A DNA stretch of 64,000 nt from Octopus sinensis (Eukaryota): contig NC_043006.1 of NCBI RefSeq assembly GCF_006345805.1, forward strand, positions 105,586,001-105,650,000, given 5' to 3'. A program made the translations under genes and the position numbers. Under the pieces are notes generated by a model. That model did no database searches, was not told the origin of the DNA, and saw only the letters and a list, made by a program, of their open reading frames with translations. Positions 25,137 to 36,056 of the stretch are shown here, piece by piece. Every line of letters starts with the position of its first letter. The first letter of the stretch is position 1.

Positions 25137-25749
25137 TATATATATGTATAAAATTATAAATTAGGGTATCTACGAGATACCACCATGCTGAAAATAGCAG
25201 CCATGATCTGACTTTAAAACCACCTAAATTGTCCATATGGCTGCGGCCTTCGGGCTAAAGCATTTTTAAGGATCTAAGGATTTATATCAATTTATAATTT
25301 ATAATTTTAATAATTATTACCTTTGGAGGTTATTTTTTTCCATGCTGACCACTTGATAAAATCGCTATTTTATTTTTAGATTAACGATCTTATCCTTATT
25401 TATATAAATTTATATATATATATAAGTTCAACATCAAATCTACAAACAAGAAATTCCTTCGCACCAGAAAGGTCTAGTTGGAGTTGCAAATGAATGCCCT
25501 TTTGCAAACTCATTGCAAAAGGTTTAAAGCTGTTTACAAATGCATAGTTCATAACAAACTTCTCAATTCTACTTGGTACTATCTAAGATCCACAATTAGT
25601 TTCAAGCATCGATATTCGGTCCATTTAAATTCAAGTATGAAGGTGCATTACCGCAAGAAAAAGGAAATTCCCTACCAGGACCAGCATACTACTTGATGGC
25701 TATAACTAAAATAATTCTTATGCATATTGTTATATAACGCTACTCTGTT

Positions 25750-26450
25750 ACTTAATAAGCAGCACGAATCATTATCCACCTATCTACACAAATTATTTAT
25801 GTCCTTCAAATTTATTCTTAGCTCTAAGTGTAAAAGAAACTAACACTTTCTGATTTTCACTTACATCTAGCTCAGACATTTTACCTATCCAACACTTCCA
25901 CATACATACCATTTTACCGTTATTAAATAAGCAGCACTATACATTCTCTCCGTTTATATATAAACTCCTTAGTCCCATAGTTCTTTGACAGGTCTTATTA
26001 ACAATGTATCTTCCTTAGCGCTATGGGCACTTATTTCTTATTTTTAATTTGAAGTGTTAACTTTATTTAAATTTAAATTTAATTATTTAAAATTAATTTT
26101 ATCTATTTATTTATTCTATTTTTATTTTTATAACATTATGTCTTAACCTTAGTTTTTATTACCCCAAATCTTAAATCTTTTGGTTATTAGTTGGCATTTA
26201 TTTCTAGCGTTTCTTTGTGGCGAGATAAACCTAGGTGTTCATTCTGGTAAAATTTGACCACCCACTGCAGACAATGTCTAGTATCTTTTTTACGTCACTT
26301 TATTACCTACAACCCACCTTTCACTGGTACCCAGCCTTGTAGGTCTGGCATCTGCCTTATGTTATTTTCCACCTTATCCTCCCGTTTTTAAATTTGATTC
26401 CCATCAATTTCTTTGGATAGGAATGCCACTTTACTAGTCCTTGCACTCAC
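25750..26450 (-). mobile_element. Highly degenerate Tx1/L1-type ORF2 3' remnant
   Basis: Minus-strand fragments PVKGGL, RHCLQWVVKFY, KCP..KEDTL, VKELW, KWYVWKC and LHLELRINL parallel the C-terminal half of ORF2 at 38500-39470. Confidence 0.5.
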
Positions 26451-26580
26451 TTCCATAAAGTCTGTGCTAGATGGGTGCCAAGGGAGCTTACTGCAGAGCA
26501 CAAGATTAGGCAGCCTCTTGGCAGACGTCTACACTAACTGGCATCAGAACGGAAGAATTCCTAGTGCTGTTAGCCGGGAT
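26451..26580 (+). other. Chimeric junction filler: mariner CDS piece plus inverted Tx1 RT piece
   Basis: 26451-26504 matches the reverse complement of 24573-24626 at 52/54; 26505-26580 encodes LLADVYTNWHQNGRIP on plus while the flanking LINE is on minus. Confidence 0.85.
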
Positions 26581-29420
26581 CTGTCAAAAACTTGATCGTC
26601 GTTTTGTTTTCACGTCGCGTCTCTACCGTTTGGGCCCATCGGACGGCTTTGGTTCCTTAGTGTTTTAGCGCAAGGGCCTTAGCTGACACCCTTCGTGTTG
26701 CACCTCAAAGAAATGGTCAAGGGCCATTCTCGCCGCTAACACGTCGGTCGTGATGCCTTTACTAATAGCCCCTTCTAGTTTGCTAACAACTAGTTCTCCC
26801 TCTAATCTATTTCTCTCTCTTACTAAACCTTGGCTAAACCCTATCGATTCTACTCTAATTGCTCTCTTCAGAACGATCCACCACCGGTTGTTGACGATTG
26901 TCCCTTTCAACTGCCGCTTAACTAGTACACTAATCCAGTCCCTGTAGTCTTTCCGAGCCGGCAAGAACTCAATTAACTTCTAGTAACCGGGTCTCTATCT
27001 ACAGTCCTATCTAAGTCGACTGTGCATGTCACAAATTTGTGACCTGTGTAGCCGACCAATTTAAATTGTGGACAACCTATGGTATCTCCATCCTCTGGCC
27101 TAACAAATACTCTATCTAAATACGATCAGAATGACCTGCTGTGGTTTCTCCATGTCCACACTGGCACGTCAGGGAAATCCAGTTGGTACCTGTCAGAAAG
27201 CTGCTATTCACGTCCGAGACCACCACCTTATCATCCAGGTCCAGAAAGATAACCCGCTCTTGGAGATGTAAGGATTTCCGGAATAGCACTACTACATCGC
27301 CACCCGCTCCCGATAGATCACAATATGAGAATATCTCGTTGTCCTCGAAAATGGATGCCAGAGAGTGTTTTCCGGAGATCCTTGTTTCACTAATGACAGT
27401 CACATTTAAATCAAGCGACCTGAGATCATTGAGCAAGTGACCTTGCTCCCAAGCTGATCTCAGGCTACGCACATTCACACACACCATTCTCAGCACAGTC
27501 ATGCTAATCGGAGAAAGAAAAAGATGAGGTTACTCACCTTGATTTTCGAGAAGTCCGGAAGTTTATGTCCTCTTTACTGGCGAAAACTTTTTAAAAGGCC
27601 CTTCAAACTGCCTTTTATCAACTGATTTTTAAAAATTCCCTACACTGCATGGAAACTTTTCTCTTATAGTTTTATAAAGGTTCTGACGACATTTTAAGTA
27701 AAAGTTTGCCTTTGGGAGTTTAGAGAATTCAGTCCCCAACTTCCTTTCCTGCCGTCTCTTGTTTTTGTTTTGACTTACAAAATCCATCAACTCACTGTCG
27801 CACAGTGAAATTGATGGATCCATTTCGTCTTGTCTGATGAATATTCTTGTTTTTGAAGATCGGTAATTGGTTATTTCTGTGTTTGCTCTAATTTCATGCT
27901 GCTGTCGATGATGTTTCTGGTTTTGAAGTTGTTGTTCTTGCTCTTGTTGCTTTTGTTGGAGTGACAGTGAACTGTGTAGCAGTTGTGGTTTCAGTATATA
28001 CTTTTGTTGAATTCTTGGAATAGGGCTATGTACCGCTTTCCACAGCTTTCGCCCACCCCCTTTTGCAACTGTGATCCATTGATCGTTCAGCTCTTCTTTC
28101 TCCATGTCATTACAGTTGATGTTGGTTTGGGAGGAAGAGCATTTAGGAGAAGCTTGCTTTTCCGTGGCAACCGGAGGTAGACTCCTTCTTTGTCTTGATT
28201 TGGGATTGGGTGTGAGCGTGGGTGTGGGCGTTGGTGTAGGAGCCTTGAGCACTTGTTCCCAATTTTGCGTTTGTGGTGTTTGTAATGTTGGCAGCAGTGG
28301 TAGTTTAGTTTTTCTTGTTTCAGAGCAGAATGCCTTTAAGTGAGTTACCGATCCACATATATGACATCTTGGCTTTCAACCCTCCACTAACACAGACAGG
28401 TGAATACCATCCGGGAGATCGATTAGAATGGGCAGCTGATCGATATGGTCCTGCTTGCATTGTAAGGTTAGTTCCATATCTATACTTAACCAGTTTTGCT
28501 TAGGTATTTTCTTGACATCCAATATTGTCACTTTGTCTTCTAAACCTGCCTAGACGGCCGCCATTAGCCGGGTAATGGATATTTCTGGTGGCATATTCAG
28601 CACCCTAATCTTGGCAAGACGTTGGCCGCGATAGCTGGGGATTAAGAAAAAGATGTCATTCCTAAAAGTGGTCGCGGAATTACACTTGGCTTCTTGTTCC
28701 ATCTCATATCTCACCTCAATAGTTCTAAACTTTTTTCCTTTTTTCCAAGGTATTTTTGTATTTCGCTCTCAGTAGCATTTTCCACTCGGCGTGACTTAAC
28801 TCCGATGTAGCGGTATGTGACCGTGCATCTTAAGATATTTTATATCACGTAGGATGGAAGGTTTAGAGCTACCTTTCCCCCATTCCTTTTATAATTTTCC
28901 TTGCCGTTTTTAAATTTTCTTCATCACGTCGCAAACGCAAAAGAAGCGGAGGTGGCATTCACGTTTTTATGATTCATTTATTGTTGTTGTTGTTGTTATT
29001 GTTGTCGCTGCTGTTGCTGTTGTTGTTGTCGTTGTCGACACCGAAAGTTTTGACGTTGCTCAGAGATGAAACATTATTCGTTTCGGTGACGTCATTAAGT
29101 GTGGGCCAGTCTATATCTTTGTTCTCATTTCTTTTTTGACGAAGAAGGCGTTCCGTTGTCGAACATTATGATGGCTTCTTTATCAGCCATCTTTAATTGA
29201 ATAATGAAAACAGCAAAATATTATCTTTTTCGAAAGTTGTTAAGATTAAAAAAATATTGATGCGCACCCCCTGCAAAATGGGGTGTTTCTACACAAAATT
29301 ACTATCTGTGCAGTCCAGACAATCTCAGAAATGCAATGTTAAAAATAAAAGGAAAACAATGGGTTTTAGAAGGCCGAAAAGATTACAAACACTATTTCAA
29401 CTTACGGATCTTCAAATTCC
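26581..29420 (-). mobile_element. Tx1-type (L1 clade) LINE, 5' half: ORF1 with CCHC knuckle plus APE-domain start of ORF2
   Basis: ORF1 from ~29190 with LIPSYRGQRLAKIRVLNMPP and PRCHICGSVTHLKAFC; ORF2 ATG at 27502 (MTVLRMVCVNVRSL..ISETR) continuing to MALDHFFEVQHEGC; homologous to 33911-39758. Confidence 0.88.
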
Positions 29421-29458
29421 CGTGACTTTACAGTATGGCGACCATAATAATAACAATG

Positions 29459-29491
<33 letters not shown>

Positions 29492-30351
29492 GTCAAGAGA
29501 GCTGAACAGAAATAAGAGGTGTATATTGCGCGTGTGTATGTGTGTGTGTGCGTGTTTTTGTGTGTGCGCGCATATGCATGTGTATGTGTGCGTGTGCATA
29601 TTTTTGTGTGTGTATGTACATGTGTGCATGTGTGTGTTGGTGTGTGCATATGTGAGTGTGTGTGGTGTTAGTCGATGAAATCGACCTAATTCTTGACTGG
29701 TACTGTATTTTATCGACCTAAACAATATTTGCGAGTACAACAACAGCAACAATAATAGTGATAATAATAACAAAGGCATAAATGTGAGTGTGTATGTGTG
29801 TGTGTTTGTGTTTTATATATGTGTGTTTGTGTATGTGTAAATACATACTCATATATAGAAGTATATAGATATTAAAAAAATGGAAGATCGACGTATAGAC
29901 ATACATAGCAATGCACATATATTCATACAGCGATATACATACACAGAAATACACAAGCACAAAGATGCATATGTAAATACACACACACACATACATGCAC
30001 AGAAACACACACGCGCACACACACACGCTCACATACACACGTGAAAAAAAACGGCACCACATAAATTTGTCATCATATCGGCCACAATGTAGCAGTACAC
30101 AATTCTTACCGCTATTTTCGATGCCAATTAAAGAATGTTAACGACTGTCAACTGATTCGTTATCAGAGAGAAATTATTAGGACAGGTGCAGGGCAAACAA
30201 TAGTGACGCCATTAGCCATCTGCCAAGATATCATCGTTGCCTTCTGATTCTTCATAACGTCCATTGCTAATGGCAAGTGAATTGGTTAGCGTCCTCACTA
30301 CACTAGAAGTAGATCTTGCAGATTTAAATACCGAACTTTCCCTTGTACGGT

Positions 30352-30385
<34 letters not shown>

Positions 30386-30386
30386 T

Positions 30387-30418
<32 letters not shown>

Positions 30419-30525
30419 GCACACATATATTCAAATAGAAAATCGAACATAAAAATAACAATAACAACAAACAAGAAGACGTTCACATGGAATATATTAG
30501 TCTGACGCTCGGTAAAGAGAGAGAA

Positions 30526-30562
30526 CATTTGACGTTTCGAGCATTGCTCTTCGTCAGAAATG
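30526..30562 (-). ncRNA. Minimal (37-nt) type-I hammerhead ribozyme motif
   Basis: CATTT CTGACGA A GAGC AAT GCTC GAAA CG TC AAATG: perfect stems I and II, loop-less palindromic stem III (ACGT), GUC triplet, extra A after A9. Confidence 0.85.
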
Positions 30563-30882
30563 AATATATATATATATATATATATATAATATAATATATA
30601 TATATATATTATTGCCTCTTGGCTGAAACAGCTGTAAATTATTTTCCCAATTTATATTCCTGTATGTTATATTTTAATAATTACTCGTATCTTTATATAT
30701 TAATATATTTTATATGTAAAGCATAATATGTTATACACGTATGTATATTCTTGTAATTTTCAGTTTAGTAAATAAATAAGTTGTCATAATATAATGTCTA
30801 AAAGTTGATGAACCACCTATTGATCCCCTCCATTTTCTTATTACTCTATATGTATGTATATATATATATATATATAATATAT

Positions 30883-30924
<42 letters not shown>

Positions 30925-30941
30925 CATACATACATACATAA

Positions 30942-30974
<33 letters not shown>

Positions 30975-31114
30975 GTATATATATATATATATTATATATA
31001 TATATATCTATATATATATATATATATATATGGAAGAAAATCAAATTTCCTTCCCGAGGCATAAGTTCATAGGGTTAGTTTTCTGGATTCTGTAGTGTAT
31101 ATGATAGCTGCTGG

Positions 31115-31290
31115 ATGGGACTCGGGTCTGTCACAGTATTACACATGCTTATCGGATGTGTGGACTGGAGCATCGAGAAAGGAAGTGTTTTACTCAAGAT
31201 CACAACACATCACTCGGTTCACGAATTGAAACAATAATCTTACGATCATAAGTGCAACTAACTAACTCACTCAGCCACGCGCCTCCACAC
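31115..31290 (-). mobile_element. Degenerate SINE family B head
   Basis: Reverse complement GAGGCGCGTGGCTGAGTGAGTTAG..GTTTCAATTCGTG..CTTGAGTAAAACACTT. Confidence 0.6.
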
Positions 31291-31355
31291 CTCCTCGCAC
31301 ATACTCTCATACACACGCACTGTCTGGTTTTATATATGTATTTGTACTTGTATAA

Positions 31356-31411
<56 letters not shown>

Positions 31412-31514
31412 GTGTACATTTATACACAAAAGATACAAGACACCTTATGCTAAAAGGAACAGTCAAAGTCCAAATTCCGGTTAAGAGTAATTTCGAAGGG
31501 AATGAAAAAGTTAC

Positions 31515-31585
31515 CAATTATACCTAGATTTCGAATATTAATGAACACATAAAACAATTTGTTACCTGTGTTCTTCATCAGCAAG
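31515..31585 (-). ncRNA. Degenerate hammerhead motif with an insertion
   Basis: CTGATGA A GAACACA..TGTGTTC [ATTAATATTC] GAAA TCTAGG TA: 7-bp stem II, near-palindromic stem III, weak stem I. Confidence 0.45.
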
Positions 31586-31759
31586 GGTGCTAAAAATTAA
31601 CGTATAATTATGGGACAAATAGAAATGCCCTATCTTTATACATTATAATTTTTCAAATCCACCGCGCAATCGCAGTTATAGTCGGCAGCGAATAAAAATA
31701 TATGTATCAACCGTCTTCAAAATTACGAAAATCATATTAAGAGAATATATATAGGGTAG

Positions 31760-31804
<45 letters not shown>

Positions 31805-31867
31805 ATTTTTCTAAATGGTATAATTAAATTTTTTCATTATTGATTTGATAAAGGTGTTTTTTTTAAA

Positions 31868-31904
<37 letters not shown>

Positions 31905-32009
31905 AAATGAGGGTGAGAAATTAGATAGTAATTTAATTAACATCGATTTCACACCAGTGGTCTAGCATATAAAAAAATTGAAGGCTCAGTAAAATTGTAT
32001 TATATACAT

Positions 32010-32340
32010 ATTAGAGGGAAACCACTATGTGGACACCATTATGGGTAGGACTGTTTTACAAGTCTGACTTTGTGCGGACGTCCTAGTATGCAGTCTTACA
32101 CATTATATTCATCAGGACGGTCACACCGATGATCTACGGACATTTATGTAAGTAAAATTACGTAATATGTTGATAGTGAAACATGTATGCGAATAATCAT
32201 ATTTTTATTGCTTTTTCTTTTGTCTTGCTCGAGTACGTTTTGGTTGTTTTGCTAAATTTTTCTTGAGAACATTTCTTAGTGGTAAGACCATAGCGGATCT
32301 ATTTCTAGCATAAGGGTGTCCACATAGTGGTTTCTCTCTA

Positions 32341-32342
<2 letters not shown>
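32010..32342 (+). mobile_element. (TA)n-embedded short element with 28-bp inverted termini
   Basis: ATTAGAGGGAAACCACTATGTGGACACC vs GGTGTCCACATAGTGGTTTCTCTCTAAT, 1 mismatch; 32213-32342 is homologous to 33546-33675. Confidence 0.8.
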
Positions 32343-32402
<60 letters not shown>

Positions 32403-32432
32403 TTATATTGTTTCTGTCATCCGGTTGCGGTC

Positions 32433-32544
<112 letters not shown>

Positions 32545-33273
32545 GTTGTGGTGAAATCCTGATACTCCTGTGAGACAGCAAGTCAACTGTCTTAAACCGT
32601 ATAAAGGCGCATGTGCACTGTCAGTAAGGGACAGGATGGTGTGTGCAGGCGCTTTGGGAAGACAGTCGTAGAAGTCGCTGAGAAGAGCTATTGTTTGTTA
32701 CGTGTTGTTTCTGATTGATATTTGTATTGATATAACCTTGTTATAAGTCCGCGTTATAAAGTGGCATATACAGTGAGTTCAAAGAAGGACATAGCAGTGT
32801 CGGCGAGGCACAACACTATCTATCTATTATGCGCAGTATTTTTGCGTGTGTATATGTGTGTGTGTGAGTAAGGATACACACTTCTCTACATTTATACAGA
32901 TATACAAAAAGGGGCACGTACACGTAAAGGCATACATACGCGCGTGTGTATGTCTGTGTGTCCGGACATATTCTATAGAAGCTCTCAATTATGTTCCAGA
33001 CAACGGTTAACCACATAAATTTGTATTTAACTTCTATGGCTACTAGGAGATATCTTCGAGCCAAGCTGGTTGAAAGACTCTGAACGAAGCTGCACAGACA
33101 ATTACGCCCAGTCGCATTCGAAGCTGTTTATACTTTATGCAGAGGAAACAGATGTAGGTCATCCTAACCATACAAATAAGCTGTATGGCACTGTAAAAAA
33201 AAGAAATAGATTTTGAGGATGTACTAGCCTCCATTTTTTTCTATCGTTATAATTATTGCATATATATATATAT

Positions 33274-33307
<34 letters not shown>

Positions 33308-33345
33308 ATATTATATATATATATAATATATATATATATATTATA

Positions 33346-33429
<84 letters not shown>

Positions 33430-33501
33430 CATACATACATACATACTACATACATACATACATACAGATATATATAATAATATGAATAGTATATTAATAA
33501 T

Positions 33502-33675
33502 CCAGGTGGGTTATTAATATACTAGAAGACCCTAAATGATCTACCTTTTCTTTGGTCTTGCTCGCTTTACGTTCTGGCGTTTGCCGACATTTTCTTGAGA
33601 ACAACTTTTCTTCGTGGTATAACCATTTGGGGTCTTTTAGTATATTACGAATCCACCTGGTGGCCATTCCTCTTT
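33502..33675 (+). mobile_element. Same family as 32010-32342, with a different 37-bp inverted arm
   Basis: 33502-33538 vs 33624-33660, 5 mismatches; ends in (TA)n. Confidence 0.75.
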
Positions 33676-33814
33676 ATATATATGTAATATAATTTTCTTA
33701 ATCTTCGGATTTTTTAAATAGACTAGGCCACTGGTTTAAATTGATATTAATTTAATTAATATTAATTTCTACTCTCATTATTTAAATTTTTACATACATA
33801 CATACTTACATACA

Positions 33815-33875
<61 letters not shown>

Positions 33876-34219
33876 CTATCTATCTATCTATCTATCTATA
33901 TATCCATCTACGGACGTGCTGTCACTTCGGCTCCGAAGGTAATCGTTTATTTTGACTATTTATAGCCCAATTTTTGTGTACATTTTTGTAAATAAGGTGT
34001 GTAAGGCAACCAACTTTCGTTTGAGTGCTTTTCCAAGGGAGGAATTCGCCCCTAGGGCAGTTTCAACCCCATTTCATTTCTGTAATTTTCTTCTCGACAT
34101 TAGAAAATGTCGAGAAATTTTATTGTAGAACGCTGGTCGCGTTCCTTTATGGACCAGCATTTTCCTAGTTTGGAAACGCTAGGAGAGGAAAAAAGAACAC
34201 ATGCACGCAAAGTGCAAAA

Positions 34220-35999
34220 ATGAATATCGTTGGAATGAACGCTGCAACTACGTGCGGTAACAGCCCTGTCACCACCACCACCAAAACCACTAACAACAGC
34301 AACCACGAGACTACTACTGCTACCACCACCACCTCCAGCACCACCACCACCACCACCACCACCACGACCAACATAAATGATAAAAATAAAACTCACACGA
34401 AAACTATTGACAAAAACAACAGCAACAAGAACAACAATAAAAATGAACTATCTAATAGTGAAGATGTTAATATAACAGAATTAACAGCACCAACAAATTT
34501 CGCTGACACTCTGCGTCAGAAGAAATAGATTATACATTTCACGAACGAAGAACTTTTAGAAACAAGATCTCTCTTTACAACCAGAGGGCAAGATTTAGTG
34601 CTACATACACCTCAACACATAAAGCAAGAAGTAGAAAATAAAACAATTATTTATAAAATTATAAGAAAAAACAAAAAACTAAATGAACAGATTACAAAAA
34701 CGGATGTAGAAAAATGCTTAAAAAGCATAATGAAAAAAAAAGAATACATAAACTGGGGTCCCCAGTTTAACACAGTAGTGGTCCGCTTCCCTAACCAGGA
34801 AGTGGCAAAAGCTCACTCTACTGAGTCTTTGGAAAATGATGATATCATCATGGTCCCATACTACAAAAATCAGAGAGTGAGTCGAATCACTATTAAAAAT
34901 GTACCCCCGACATTCCTAACAAATGGATAACAGGGGCAATCTGTTATCATTTGAAAACTATCAATATTTTGGAAACCGCCGTGTACCTAAACGACAATTG
35001 GGGTGGAAAAACTATAGTGGTGACCATACAGATTGAGGGGGCCTCTATCGAGAGCCTACCGGATAAGATCCACTTGGAAAATGGGCAAAGCCTATATATT
35101 ATAGCAGAAGGCAAAAAACCTAGATGCTACAACTGTGGCAGCACCGAACATTTAATTGCCAAGTGTGCTCTGGTACAGAAAAAACAAGAAAGAACAAATC
35201 AGAAAACAAATAAAAACCCTTGTTGCCAACACCAACACCAACACACTCAATTATGGAACAATGCCAAGAAAAACAACAAACCAGCAAACAAACCCCAACA
35301 ACATCACCAAGAAAAGAAACAGTACCAACACAATCACCGTTGACGTCACAACCAATTCAACATGTTGAATCAACAAAAAATAGACCAACACCCACACCGA
35401 GGACGACAATTAAAAAGACAGAAAACAGTGACGAGAAGACAAATTCTACCCCTAACACCACAACAACACAAACACCGCACAAAACATCAACAATTTATAC
35501 AAGCATACATAGTAATGCAAATGCTTTGCCTCTACCCCATACTGATACGTCGGATCACGAAAGTTCGACGGAATGGCAAATAGCCACAGGGGGTAAAAGG
35601 AAAAGATCCAAAAAATCCACCAAACAAGGAAGTAAAGCAGGAAGATATTTAACTCCGGACAACATCCCCCTAGACAATCAAAAAAGCAATGAACCCGTAA
35701 AACTACATACACAACTAACTGCAATAGACACAGACAATAAAGAATTAATGGACTACATCACATCCAACACGGTAATCTGTGAAGATGACTTTAAGACAAA
35801 CAATCATCCGCACACCACACCACCGAAACACATCAGAATTTTACACATAACACAAGCACAACACCACATACTGAAAACAATATTTTCGAATGCGGTAGGC
35901 GGGTTTCAACGATACCTGTCGAAAAAACTATACAAACACCTCATCAAAGACAATACAAAAGAAGAAGAAAAAAATGAAACTTTTGAAATGAGTAAGTGA
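34220..35999 (+). pseudogene. Tx1 ORF1 (gag-like nucleic-acid-binding protein), disrupted
   Basis: T/N-rich N-terminus, MVPYYKNQRVSRITIKNVPP, CCHC knuckle PRCYNCGSTEHLIAKC; an in-frame TAG at 34526 plus two frameshifts. Confidence 0.85.
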
Positions 36000-36056
36000 C
36001 CTCCCCTCTTGCCTCTTGTCTCTTCTAATATAGTGTGTAAAACACAATTTTCGTAA

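Noticed and set aside
30060-30345. Protein-like frames on both strands (MASELVSVLTTLEVDL.. and RESSVFKSARST..)
   Set aside because: No convincing splice context or recognisable homology; left unannotated, although the sequence is non-repetitive.
32565-32610. CTGTGA-GACAG..CTGTC-TTAAAC hairpin resembling a hammerhead
   Set aside because: Both core segments are corrupted; insufficient evidence.
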